DNA of 64,000 nt from Candidatus Nanohaloarchaea archaeon (GCA_041640035.1 JBEQBC010000002.1:64001-128000), one strand, 5' to 3'. Shown: positions 1-9,679, counted from the first letter of the stretch. Notes: generated by a model from the sequence alone, not told the origin. Numbers and translations are program-made.

Positions 1-429
1 TAGGTCGAAGTACTGGCTGATTTTCTGTACGAAGAAATCATCTCCATGCATTTTGGGCGGTGCGTTCTGTAGTTCTTCGGATAGGAAACGGATGTTTTCC
101 AGCATTGCGATATCGCCTTCACACATTCTTGCGACTTTTTCTCCCAGTTCGGGTCCGAAGAAGCTTGGTACGAACTCTACCTCCTCATCGATATGTTCTG
201 ACAGTATTTCGGAGTGTTTTTCAAGTGATAGGAAGTCGTTTCTTGCCGGTCTTCCCTGGTGTGCTACTATTACTAGTTTGGCTCCTCTGTCGCTGAGTTC
301 CTGTATTGTTTCTACATATCTTTCGAATCGGACGGTTTTCTGTGGTTCGCCGTCCTCTATTGGAAGGTTTAAGTCTGTTCTCAGAAGTACTCTCTCGCCT
401 TCGACATCTGTTTCCTTAACCGATTTCAT
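1..429 (-). CDS. pgk: Phosphoglycerate kinase, N-terminal part (runs off window start)
   Basis: Hand translation from ATG at 429: MKSVKETDVEGERVLLRTDLNLP...IVAHQGRP...MLENIRF, matching the PGK motifs (R.D.N.P, H.GRP, LEN.RF). Not in the ORF track. Confidence 0.93.
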   Translation of the reverse strand, partial: MKSVKETDVEGERVLLRTDLNLPIEDGEPQKTVRFERYVETIQELSDRGAKLVIVAHQGRPARNDFLSLEKHSEILSEHIDEEVEFVPSFFGPELGEKVARMCEGDIAMLENIRFLSEELQNAPPKMHGDDFFVQKISQYFDL

Positions 430-602
430 CGTGCTATATTACGATGTAATACATTTACTGGTTTTTAATGGTTACAAGCAGATATTTAAAAATCGCCGGC
501 TATACCTTTTTTGTACCAATGAAAGGTGAATGTTTTGGACTGCCTGAGATGGCAGTCAGACGGTAGAATTTACGCGTTTTCAAAATCTTCTAGAGCTTCT
601 GC

Positions 603-610
603 TATAAAAA
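603..610 (+). promoter_or_regulatory. TATA box of glyS (leaderless transcript likely)
   Basis: TATAAAAA ends 22 bp upstream of the glyS ATG at 633; no SD motif. Similar spacing is seen before several other genes. Confidence 0.55.
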
Positions 611-632
611 TTTCCAGTCAAGGTGTTTCTGC

Positions 633-2345
633 ATGAAAGACTTAAGCAGAAAACTGGCTGAGTTATCGAAGAGAAGAGGTTTCTTCTTCCAATCAAGCGA
701 ATCTTACGGCGGCGCAGCAGGTTTCCAGACATTTGGTCCTGAAGGCGCAGAGATAAAGAGAAATATAGAGAACAGCTGGAGAGAAACATTCTCAGATAGC
801 CTAGGCCACAGAGAAATAGAAGCACCCACAATAATGCCAGAAGCAGTCTTCGAGGCATCAGGCCACCTGGACACATTCGACGACATGATAATCGAATGCC
901 CGGAATGCGGCACCAGCTCCAGAGCCGACCACATCGTGGAAGACAATACTGATATAGAAGAAGCGGAAAGCTTCTCCCACGAGAAAGTCGAAGAACTGAT
1001 CAAAGAACACAACCTGGAATGCCCAGAGTGCGGCGAGGATCTGTCAAATGTAGCCGTCGAGGACTTCAACCTGATGTTCAAGACCAGCATCGGCCCTGGC
1101 AGCGGACAGACAGGCTACCTCAGACCGGAGACAGCTCAGGGTATCTTCGTAGAGTTCCCAAGACTGAAAGACTACGCACGCAACCAGCTGCCTTTCGGCA
1201 TCACACAGATTGGCAAAGCATACAGAAACGAGATAAGCCCACGGAAAGGTCTTGTAAGAGTGCGTGAACTGACTCAGGCTGAGCTCGAGCACTTCATCGA
1301 TCCGGAGGAAGATGAGCCTCCGATCAAAGATGTTGAAGATGTAGAGCTGAAGCTGTATTCAAGAGAGCAGCAAAACGCTAAGGACGGTGAAGTCCAGAAG
1401 ATGACTGTGAAAGAGTCAGTTGAACAGGATGTAGTTGACTCCGAATGGATCGCTTACTATCTTGGTATCGCGAAGCAGTGGTATGAGTCTATCGGTGTTG
1501 ATATGGAGCGTTTCCGTTTCAGACAGCACCAGAACGATGAGCTCTCCCACTACGCAAGCGACTGCTGGGATGCAGAGAGCCAGGTCGACGGCGATTGGAT
1601 CGAGATCACAGGTTTCGCTTACAGAGGTTGCTACGACCTGAAGAAGCACGATCAGTACAGCCGAGACGACTATAAGGTCTTCAAGGAATACGACGAACCA
1701 CGGACTGTTGAGAAGAATACCGTTGATCCTGATATGGGTTTCCTGGGTCCTGAGTTCGGTGATAAAGCCGGTGAAATAGCTGACAGACTTGAGGAACTTG
1801 CTGAGGAAGAACCTGAGGCCTTCGAAGCCGACAAGGTATTCGTAGAGATCGACGGCGAAGAATACAGTATTCCTTCTGACAAGTGCAACTTCAGCGTTGA
1901 GGAAGTTACTGAGAACGGCGAGCACATTCTGCCTCATGTAGTTGAGCCGTCATTCGGTATCGACCGTATCGTATACACAGTACTCGCGCACAGCTACGAT
2001 GAGGACGAGGTTGACGATGAGGAAAGAACCGTTATGCGATTCAACGAGACAGTTGCTCCTACTGAAGTCGCTGTCTTTCCGTTGATGGATAAGGACGGTC
2101 TCAGCGAGAAGGCCAGTGAAGTTGCGGATATGCTGCGTGAAGAAGGCTTCTCGGTCAAGTACGACGATACCGGTAACATCGGTAAACGGTACAGAAGACA
2201 GGATGAAGTCGGTACACCGATCTGCGTGACCGTTGATTACGATACACTGGAAAAAGATCCAGAGACAGTAACGGTTAGAGACCGGGATTCGACTGAGCAA
2301 GAAAGGGTTGAGATAGATAAGTTATCCAGAGAGCTGAGAGAATAG
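633..2345 (+). CDS. glyS: Glycine--tRNA ligase (alpha2, archaeal/eukaryotic type)
   Basis: LRPETAQGIF, GKAYRNEISPR, VEPSFGIDR and the C-terminal anticodon domain IGKRYRRQDEVGTP. Confidence 0.97.
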   Translation: MKDLSRKLAELSKRRGFFFQSSESYGGAAGFQTFGPEGAEIKRNIENSWRETFSDSLGHREIEAPTIMPEAVFEASGHLDTFDDMIIECPECGTSSRADHIVEDNTDIEEAESFSHEKVEELIKEHNLECPECGEDLSNVAVEDFNLMFKTSIGPGSGQTGYLRPETAQGIFVEFPRLKDYARNQLPFGITQIGKAYRNEISPRKGLVRVRELTQAELEHFIDPEEDEPPIKDVEDVELKLYSREQQNAKDGEVQKMTVKESVEQDVVDSEWIAYYLGIAKQWYESIGVDMERFRFRQHQNDELSHYASDCWDAESQVDGDWIEITGFAYRGCYDLKKHDQYSRDDYKVFKEYDEPRTVEKNTVDPDMGFLGPEFGDKAGEIADRLEELAEEEPEAFEADKVFVEIDGEEYSIPSDKCNFSVEEVTENGEHILPHVVEPSFGIDRIVYTVLAHSYDEDEVDDEERTVMRFNETVAPTEVAVFPLMDKDGLSEKASEVADMLREEGFSVKYDDTGNIGKRYRRQDEVGTPICVTVDYDTLEKDPETVTVRDRDSTEQERVEIDKLSRELRE

Positions 2346-2362
2346 GCTATCTTCTTCCTTTT

Positions 2363-3622
2363 TTATTCTTCTTTTATCAGAAACCCTGAAACTGTGTTAT
2401 TATTCACTATACACATTTTGTCGCCGCCAATTTCGCCCATACCGTAGAAGCCTGCAATTTTTGCATTCATTCCTTCTCTCATTTTTTCTACTTCTTCTTC
2501 CAGCTCTTCGTCATTCATAACCAGGTTTCGACATGAACAATCAGTTACTATTCCAAATGCGGCATTGTGGACATCAAAAGCATTTTTTCCTGCCTCAATG
2601 ATATCTTTTTTATCTCCTTCAACTACTTTAACAGGTTGATTTTCATTTATATGAGTGGAAGCTAGTAATGCATGGTCTTCTGTCACATCATAGGATACTA
2701 TTGTTCTATATTTGTCGCCCCCTCTCTCTAGAGCAAGTGAGGACTCTAATGTGTACTCAAGGACTTTTTTAGGCAGTATCGTATCTTTTCCTCTCAATTT
2801 CATTCCTATAAAACGGGCTAGCCCTGCCATTTTTTCCTTTAAAGATGTGTCCATAGAGGCTTTTAACTCAGATACTTCTACTCCTATTGCTTCAGAATAC
2901 CATTCAGCTGCTGGTTTTCCACTTATTTTCTCTATCTTTTTACCTTCTGTATCAGTTATGACCCCAGTAGTGATTTCTTTGTTTAGACCGTGTTCCTGAC
3001 CGGTTATAACTTCATTATCAGAGTTCATTAACACCGTGACAAGTCCATCATCATAGGTTTCTCCGTTGTGGAACTGGTATGTCTTCCACAGGCGTATATC
3101 ATCACCTGTAGAACCTCCTACGAGAGGAACATCTGTTCCCAGCACATCAGTAATTCCTTCAAGGACTTCAAACTCTACGCCTTTCTTATCCATAGTTAGA
3201 CCTGAGATAAGAGTGAATATTGCGGTATTGTTATCCTCTTTCCTGTGTTCTTGAAGCTGTTCTGCAACATCACGGCCGGTTTCCTCCGGTGCATCGTGAA
3301 CATTTGCTTCAGAGATAGCATGGAAATCTATAGCGTCTGATTTAATGAGAATTAATACGGCGCCACCGGTTGTAGAACCTTCACTAGAGACTTCTCCAGC
3401 AGTGGTGCCTCCAACCCAGTCTGCCCCTATCTTATCCATTTCTTCATCTACTGAAGATGCAAGTTTGGAGACGCTGAACTCTACTGAGGCGAATAGAAAA
3501 CCGAAATCAGCCTCTTGCATTTCTCCGTCATCCAATGCTTCTTGAACAAGTTTCTTGCCTGCTTCTTTTGATGATGTATCAGCAGAGTTGACAAATGCTT
3601 CTCCGACAGAGACAGATTCCAT
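2363..3622 (-). CDS. Stand-alone FIST N/C domain protein
   Basis: WVGGTTAGE, LVGGSTGD, G+PA.EWY, DCSCR and GFYGMGEIG are typical FIST_N/FIST_C motifs; no output domain. Confidence 0.85.
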   Translation of the reverse strand: MESVSVGEAFVNSADTSSKEAGKKLVQEALDDGEMQEADFGFLFASVEFSVSKLASSVDEEMDKIGADWVGGTTAGEVSSEGSTTGGAVLILIKSDAIDFHAISEANVHDAPEETGRDVAEQLQEHRKEDNNTAIFTLISGLTMDKKGVEFEVLEGITDVLGTDVPLVGGSTGDDIRLWKTYQFHNGETYDDGLVTVLMNSDNEVITGQEHGLNKEITTGVITDTEGKKIEKISGKPAAEWYSEAIGVEVSELKASMDTSLKEKMAGLARFIGMKLRGKDTILPKKVLEYTLESSLALERGGDKYRTIVSYDVTEDHALLASTHINENQPVKVVEGDKKDIIEAGKNAFDVHNAAFGIVTDCSCRNLVMNDEELEEEVEKMREGMNAKIAGFYGMGEIGGDKMCIVNNNTVSGFLIKEE

Positions 3623-3693
3623 ACCTCTTTTATGTGGTTTCTTGCTAATAAGAGTGATGAAAAGTTAAATTCGGGAAAAGTTAATCGTAAGTT

Positions 3694-4749
3694 ATGAGCA
3701 CTGCTTCATCCCACCTACAGAAGATTATCAAACTTCATTTCGATGATGAAAACGGCGCACCCTACTGGATAGAGAAGAAAAAAGAGCTTTCCTTCAATCC
3801 TGAAGAAGATATCCAAACCCTTGAAGACCTACAATTATTTATAGAGGATGATAACTACGACGGATTCCCTTCTGAGAAGCTTAAAGAGAATCCTAAGGAC
3901 CTTATACCTCAGAAACTTGATAGCTCAGAATATGAGATTTATAGTTCCGGAGGCCGTACAGGCAAACCTAAATGGACTGCTTGGAAAACTGAAGGCGGAT
4001 GGAAACGGGTTATGGAAGTAGTAGAGAAACAGTTTGAAGACCATAACATCAGTTTAAACAGAGATATAGCTTACATCGGTCCTACAGGCCCTCACCCTTT
4101 CGGTTATGCACCAAAAAAACTTGCTAACAGGAACAATGTTGACTTCTTGACTATTGATCTAGATCCAAGATGGGTAAGAAAGACAAAGACAGATCCTGAA
4201 CTAAGAAAAAGAAACGCTGGCGACAAATACATAAGCCATCTGAAGGATCAAACACAGACTCTTCTACGGCAGTTTGGACCCGATATTGGAATTCTGATTT
4301 CAACCCCTACAATAATTCAAATGTTACACCAATCTGGAGCACTGGATAAAATGCGTCTTGACGGTATTGTATGGGCAGGTCAAGCCATGAAGCCGGAAAA
4401 CTTCCAGGCATTAAACGATGAACTCGACTGTCCTATAGTAGGATGGTATGGAAACACCCTGCTAGGAATATCACCTCATGTAGAGTTCGAAGAAGGAAAT
4501 ATAGTTTACCAGCCAAATCCAAGACTTGTCCAGTATCAGATTGTTGACGATGAGCTGAAACAGAAAGAATACAGCGAAAGGGGCAGAACCCTGACCCACA
4601 TCCTGAGAGAAGGATTGTTCGCACCGTACCATATGGAAGACGACGCCGGCACACGACTTCAGCCTAGAGAAGGTGAAGAGGTAGATGCAGTTGGAAATCC
4701 AGATGTACCTGAAGAAAGGCAGGAAGATATCGAGTCTGGAGTTTACTGA
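3694..4749 (+). CDS. EhpF/GriC-like short adenylate-forming (phenylacetate-CoA ligase-like) protein
   Basis: PYW, SSGGRTGKPK (AMP-binding loop), GPTGPH, IDLDPRWV, YGNTL and C-terminal ESGVY resemble the EhpF/GriC family. Confidence 0.75.
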   Translation: MSTASSHLQKIIKLHFDDENGAPYWIEKKKELSFNPEEDIQTLEDLQLFIEDDNYDGFPSEKLKENPKDLIPQKLDSSEYEIYSSGGRTGKPKWTAWKTEGGWKRVMEVVEKQFEDHNISLNRDIAYIGPTGPHPFGYAPKKLANRNNVDFLTIDLDPRWVRKTKTDPELRKRNAGDKYISHLKDQTQTLLRQFGPDIGILISTPTIIQMLHQSGALDKMRLDGIVWAGQAMKPENFQALNDELDCPIVGWYGNTLLGISPHVEFEEGNIVYQPNPRLVQYQIVDDELKQKEYSERGRTLTHILREGLFAPYHMEDDAGTRLQPREGEEVDAVGNPDVPEERQEDIESGVY

Positions 4750-6173
4750 TGGTCACGATTAAAGCCAATCTTGGCGGTGAGAAGAGCGAGCCCTATCGTA
4801 CAAAAAATATAGAAAGCTATAGGGGAGAAAAAATCGGGGAGATAGAGCGATTCCCAACTGTCAAGATTAATTCTGCTCTCAAAAAGAACAGAGAATCTAA
4901 GAAAAAACTTCAGGAGACCGACATAGATCAACTAATAGAGATAATGCAGGATGCGGGAGATATATTCAAATCTCGGTCTCTGGGGTCAGGAGAAACGAGT
5001 TTCGATCAGTACGCCGAACAAGTATCTGAATCAACGGGGCTTCCGATAAGAAATGTGTATCGATCTGCGGATATGATCCAAGATTCTTTCAAGCAGGTTA
5101 AATCCTCTCTGAGAGCTCAATCACCTATGGGAGATATCAGTTCACTTGATAAAGGATACTATGAAACATCGTCCGGACAGAAAGCTGGATATATAAGGAA
5201 AGGAGATAACCTCGGTATTTTAGCTCCTGGAAACCACCCTTCCGTTATTTCACTTGCCTTAATTTCCTATGCATCTAAGTATCCGATAGCTATATGTCCC
5301 TCAGATAAAGAACCTTTCACGCCTGCAAGAGTGGTTAATGCTCTTTACAAAGCCGATGCGCCAGAAGATACTCTTTACATGCTTCCAGGAGATCGTGAAG
5401 TAGGTTCAAAAATTGTAGAAGACTCAGACCGCTCTATAGGTTTCGGAGGAGACGCTTTGAAGAAGAAATATTCCGATAGGAACAATATCAAGATTCATGG
5501 CCCGGGCAATAGCAAGATATTTGTGGAGAAAGGTTTTGAAGAGGACGAAGCAGTTTACAGAATGATGGAAGAAGCTATGATGCGTGATGGAGGCAGAGGC
5601 TGTATAAACATGAGCCACATAATAACTAACGGAGACGCCGAGAAGATTGCGGAGAAAATGGCGTCAAGAGTAATCGGAAACGAGATAGTAAAGCCAACTT
5701 CCGAGGATGCTTTCATACCGGCTTCCCCAGACCCACAACGAGCAAAAAGCATCAACAGAATTATTCAGCAAGAAACTAACGGCAAAAATGCGGAAGACAT
5801 CACTCAGAAACTCCGAGACAATAAGAAGAGATTAGTAGAGAAGAAGGGAGCTACATTTTTGAGACCTACAGTTCTACTTTTGGAAGAAGATGTGGCTTCT
5901 AAGAACAGCAGACTTTTCAAGGAATATCCTTTCCAATACTGCACAGTGACAGAGATTTCTGAAGACAAAACTAAGGAGAAGTTATCCGACACCCTAACTC
6001 TTAGCATGTTTACAAACGATGAAGAAAAGATAAAATCTGCTCTCCGAGATCCTTCCATCGAAAAAGTATACGCCAGTCAAGACACTACCTGCGATATTGA
6101 TCTTAGAGAGCCTCACGAAGGCTATCTCCTAGACTTTCTGTTCAAAAAGAAGGCATTCCGACCGCCCAAGTAA
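4749..6173 (+). CDS. EhpG/GriD-like aldehyde dehydrogenase / acyl reductase
   Basis: PGNHP, PS.KEPFTP.R, FGG, HGPGNSKI, GGRGCIN (catalytic Cys) and KEYPF; translationally coupled (TGATG) to the upstream gene. Confidence 0.78.
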   Translation: MVTIKANLGGEKSEPYRTKNIESYRGEKIGEIERFPTVKINSALKKNRESKKKLQETDIDQLIEIMQDAGDIFKSRSLGSGETSFDQYAEQVSESTGLPIRNVYRSADMIQDSFKQVKSSLRAQSPMGDISSLDKGYYETSSGQKAGYIRKGDNLGILAPGNHPSVISLALISYASKYPIAICPSDKEPFTPARVVNALYKADAPEDTLYMLPGDREVGSKIVEDSDRSIGFGGDALKKKYSDRNNIKIHGPGNSKIFVEKGFEEDEAVYRMMEEAMMRDGGRGCINMSHIITNGDAEKIAEKMASRVIGNEIVKPTSEDAFIPASPDPQRAKSINRIIQQETNGKNAEDITQKLRDNKKRLVEKKGATFLRPTVLLLEEDVASKNSRLFKEYPFQYCTVTEISEDKTKEKLSDTLTLSMFTNDEEKIKSALRDPSIEKVYASQDTTCDIDLREPHEGYLLDFLFKKKAFRPPK

Positions 6174-6208
6174 GGAATGATAAAAGAATAGGATGTAACT
6201 CTAGAATT

Positions 6209-7150
6209 ATGGCAGCTTGTTCTGAATGCGGAAAAGAGTCAATGAGTTTCACCTGCAGTTACTGCGGGAAGAGCTTCTGCTCGGATCACCGGCTGCCTGA
6301 GAACCATGACTGCGATAAGCTTGAGGAAGAGCTCGAGAAAAAGCAGGAAGAGGATGGCAAATGGTTCGAGAACAAGGACAAGAAGAGCGAGGAAAAGAGA
6401 CGAGGTAGAAGAGAACCTCCTAAGAAACCAAGTCTCGCGGAAGACATACTAAATGTTTTCAAGGATAATATAAGCTATAGTATAATCGCAGTAACCGTGT
6501 TTTTCTTCGTTCTCCAGCCTTTCCTTCCTGGTGTAAGCCCTCCTATATCACAGGAAGCATTCCAGATGGTTCAGAACAACCCGTTCGAACTAAGTCCTTT
6601 GATACTTTATCCGTCTCTTGAATACCTGATGGAGAGGCCATGGACCTTGTTCACAGTGATGCTGATGCACGGAGGACTACTTCATATATTCGCGAACATA
6701 GTGACCTTCTACTTCTTCGGAAAACCGATAGAGAACATAATCGGCGGAAGAGAAACACTGAAACTGTACCTTGGCGCAGGCCTGATTTCCAGCCTAGCAA
6801 TTGTCGGATTCCAGAACCTGCTCAACATGATTCATGGAGTAGGAATGTCACCGATCGTAGGAGCTTCGGGTGCAGTTGTAGCCTTTATTGGTGCAGTCGC
6901 GATACTTTACCCTGATGCAGAAGTACTGCTTTACTTCGTCGTTCCTATGAAGATCAAGACTGCGGTTTACGCCTTTGGAGCGATCGAAGCTGTGAATATC
7001 GTCCTGAAGCTTTTCAACATCTACCTGCCTTTGATCGGAGGTTTTGCCAGTTCAGCACATCTTGCTGGCCTCCTGATTGGTATCTGGTACGGTAGAAAGA
7101 TTAAGGATGAGGCAGGTCGGATGAGCGTGTTCGATCCTATGCAGTTCTAG
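6209..7150 (+). CDS. Rhomboid intramembrane protease with N-terminal AN1-like Zn finger
   Basis: CSYCGKSFCSDHRLPENHDC; HIFAN, GASG catalytic Ser and AHLAG catalytic His. Confidence 0.92.
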   Translation: MAACSECGKESMSFTCSYCGKSFCSDHRLPENHDCDKLEEELEKKQEEDGKWFENKDKKSEEKRRGRREPPKKPSLAEDILNVFKDNISYSIIAVTVFFFVLQPFLPGVSPPISQEAFQMVQNNPFELSPLILYPSLEYLMERPWTLFTVMLMHGGLLHIFANIVTFYFFGKPIENIIGGRETLKLYLGAGLISSLAIVGFQNLLNMIHGVGMSPIVGASGAVVAFIGAVAILYPDAEVLLYFVVPMKIKTAVYAFGAIEAVNIVLKLFNIYLPLIGGFASSAHLAGLLIGIWYGRKIKDEAGRMSVFDPMQF

Positions 7151-7680
7151 GGAGTAACTCTCTTGTTCTCGAAATATGTTACACCGCTCTCTGAGTCAAC
7201 TACTGCGTAAAGCATCTTGGCGCGTATGTTGTGAGCCAGTCTTACAGTTCTTGACATCTCCTCAAAGCCTTGTTTCTGGCTTTCGTTCACTGCCTGAACC
7301 ACCCACTTGGTATGTGCACGGTTACCTTCCTCATCTGCGTAAGGATTGGCTCCGCGCGGGTAGACCCTGAAATGTGTTCCAAACTTGAAGCCAGATTTAA
7401 CTATGAAGCCGCGCTCTCTGAGATCGTCGTAGACTGTGTATTTCTTCTTAAAGTCTTCGTCTAGTTCAGAAAACTTTGAGAACATTTCTTCTCTGCTCAG
7501 AGTTTCTCCATCTGATTCAACTTCGATTATGTCTCTGTCGTGGAGATGTGCGGCTTCTACTAGCGATAATTCCAGTTTTCCGTCGTTTTTCTTGCCGTAG
7601 TATTTATCTTTGTAGACTGTTTCGATGTCTTCTTCGTCCCAGATGACGGCTTTCTTGTTTACGAGTTCGGCAGTTATCAT
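7147..7680 (-). CDS. endA: tRNA-splicing endonuclease (single-unit, alpha4-size)
   Basis: LELSLVEAAHL, VYDDLRERGFIVKSGFKFGTHFRVY. Confidence 0.9.
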   Translation of the reverse strand: MITAELVNKKAVIWDEEDIETVYKDKYYGKKNDGKLELSLVEAAHLHDRDIIEVESDGETLSREEMFSKFSELDEDFKKKYTVYDDLRERGFIVKSGFKFGTHFRVYPRGANPYADEEGNRAHTKWVVQAVNESQKQGFEEMSRTVRLAHNIRAKMLYAVVDSESGVTYFENKRVTP

Positions 7681-7707
7681 AATACTGTGTTAGTTCGGTT
7701 ACTGTTT

Positions 7708-8367
7708 TTAGAATTCGGATAATCCGCTCTGTGACTCCTCTTCTATTATCTTTTGAGATGAGCTCCATGACATCCGCGTATCTGAAGGTAGCTCACCGTT
7801 CTCAGAGAAGTACTGGCGCAGGAACTCTTTGACAGGCGGGTCATGCGGGTAGCCGGAGCCGAAGTCGTATCCGTACTTTTCGTGCAGTTCCTCTACATGT
7901 CGTTCTCGCCGTGTCTTGGCGACTATTGAGGCTGCTGATACGATCGGGTAGGTGTCGTCTGCTCCATGTTCGGCAATTATCTCGATATCCTGGAGAGATG
8001 TAGGGAGTTCGGCTTTGACTTTTTTGATGTATCTTTCTGCGTTGGGTTCAGGTAGGTCGAGTATTACTTTGTCTGGTTCTGTTCTTTCTATGACATCTGC
8101 GAATGCCTGTGTCTCTATCTCGTTCAGGCTCATGACTTCCCGTAGCTGGTCGATTTCTGAGGCTGTTATCTCTTTCAGGAATTTCTCTCCTTTTTCCTCT
8201 AACTGTTCTTCTATCCTGTCTCTTTTCTTGTCGGACAGTTTCTTTGAGTCCTTTACATCTAGGTCTTCCAGGAAGCTGTTCTTTTCTTCTTCCAGCATGT
8301 AGCCTCCTATGAACATGGAGCCGATTACCGGGCCTCTTCCTGCTTCATCAAGTCCGAGTACTTTCAT
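7708..8367 (-). CDS. rnhB: Ribonuclease HII
   Basis: GLDEAGRGPVIG, DSKKL, VSAASIVAK and GSGYPHDP; start moved to MKVLG. Confidence 0.96.
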   Translation of the reverse strand: MKVLGLDEAGRGPVIGSMFIGGYMLEEEKNSFLEDLDVKDSKKLSDKKRDRIEEQLEEKGEKFLKEITASEIDQLREVMSLNEIETQAFADVIERTEPDKVILDLPEPNAERYIKKVKAELPTSLQDIEIIAEHGADDTYPIVSAASIVAKTRRERHVEELHEKYGYDFGSGYPHDPPVKEFLRQYFSENGELPSDTRMSWSSSQKIIEEESQSGLSEF

Positions 8368-8515
8368 TTTGGATTCGGTCACATCATATGGTTTCATCCC
8401 GTAAGAATAAAACTTGAGTGACTGTCAGAACAGTTTTTGGTATCGGAGTGCAGATTCAGAGCAGAAACTCACACCATTTATAATATTCACTTGTCGATTC
8501 TTACTTACAACCCGT

Positions 8516-8590
8516 AGCGGGGTGGAGCAGCCAGGAGTGCTCGTCGGGCTCATAACCCGGAGGTCCGTGGTTCAAATCCACGCCCCGCTA
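8516..8590 (+). tRNA. tRNA-Met(CAT), initiator
   Basis: AGCGGGG...CCCCGCT-A with an A1:U72 pair, GGG/CCC anticodon stem, CAT anticodon and TTCAAAT T-loop; upstream TTTATAAT box. Confidence 0.95.
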
Positions 8591-8596
8591 TTTTAA

Positions 8597-9136
8597 TCAT
8601 AGGTCGCGGAGTGTTTCTTGACGGCTTATATCATCAGGCAAGGAATCAGTATTATCAGTGGCCTGATTTTTCAGGAATTCTTCTATATCGTCTATCTCCT
8701 CAAAATAATGATTATTGGAGTCCTCCCTCTCTTGTTGTAGTTCTTCTTTGACTCCTAAAGATTCAAGATAGCTGCTTTCCTGTATGTAGAACCCTTCCAG
8801 TATCTGTGCAGTTTTCTCAACCCTTTCAAAATCTGACTGGAGTTCTTCACTTTCACTAGAGAGCTGTTCAAGAATGTTATGAGCTAGTTCATGGACTACT
8901 GTTCCTGCATTGCTGTATTCGTCTTTACTGAAGTCAACATAATGTTTCAGAAAAGGAAATTCATCAGTTGCTTCAACACCATAGACCCTAAGTAAACTCC
9001 GATCTTCAGTCCTAACAAATCTGGATTGGTAGCCTGAATCCGAGAGTTCGTTGTCAAGAAGTCCCAGCATCTCTGTATATACTTCCCATCTGAACTGATC
9101 AACAGACATATCCAGCGATTCATCAACCGGCATCAA
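8597..9136 (-). CDS. Hypothetical protein with HExxH (VHELAH) zinc-peptidase-like motif
   Basis: 179 aa acidic ORF; TVVHELAHNIL followed by downstream Glu residues. Confidence 0.55.
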   Translation of the reverse strand: MMPVDESLDMSVDQFRWEVYTEMLGLLDNELSDSGYQSRFVRTEDRSLLRVYGVEATDEFPFLKHYVDFSKDEYSNAGTVVHELAHNILEQLSSESEELQSDFERVEKTAQILEGFYIQESSYLESLGVKEELQQEREDSNNHYFEEIDDIEEFLKNQATDNTDSLPDDISRQETLRDL

Positions 9137-9176
9137 TCAAAAATTATTTGTCAAAATTTATCAGAATATTCTAGGT

Positions 9177-9509
9177 TTATTGACAGTACTGCCAGAAATC
9201 TGTGCATTTTCCGTTCTCGTTCAGCTTGATCAGATAGATTCCTTTCAGATGGTTTTTCTCTCCGTTTGATCTGTAGGATAGTTCCCACTGTACGGTGTGT
9301 TTGTTTTCACTGCTGGAGAATAGTTCGAGTTCGAGCTGGATATCTTCCTGTTCCTTGACTCCCTCCCATTCTTTTTCTAACTCCTCTGGCGCGAGTTTCT
9401 GATCAGGTGTTTCGTAGTAGGTTACATCGTCGGTGAAGAGGTCGAGTACTTTTTCTACATCCTTTTCTTTCCAGTTCTCCCTGAATTCTTGAAGCCATTC
9501 TTCGATCAT
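9177..9509 (-). CDS. SnoaL/NTF2-like protein
   Basis: W..KD.E.VLDLFTDDVTYYETP...G.C..F.QY pattern; SD-like GGAGG upstream. Confidence 0.8.
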   Translation of the reverse strand: MIEEWLQEFRENWKEKDVEKVLDLFTDDVTYYETPDQKLAPEELEKEWEGVKEQEDIQLELELFSSSENKHTVQWELSYRSNGEKNHLKGIYLIKLNENGKCTDFWQYCQ

Positions 9510-9679
9510 CGTGTTACCCTCCTCTTTTTCTGGATCAACTATAGAGTTCGGTTACCGTCCATTAACTTAAATAAGAATATCTATATACTTTGACTATTGT
9601 GTAAGAGTGCATAATACACTCTGACACATAGGGGATTTTGGGGGAGTGATAAACGAAAAATGAGAGTGATTAATAGAAA

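Noticed and set aside
53-529. 158-aa plus-strand ORF
   Set aside because: Ser-rich antisense shadow of pgk on the minus strand.
8414-8596. 60-aa ORF
   Set aside because: Overlaps tRNA-iMet and its promoter.
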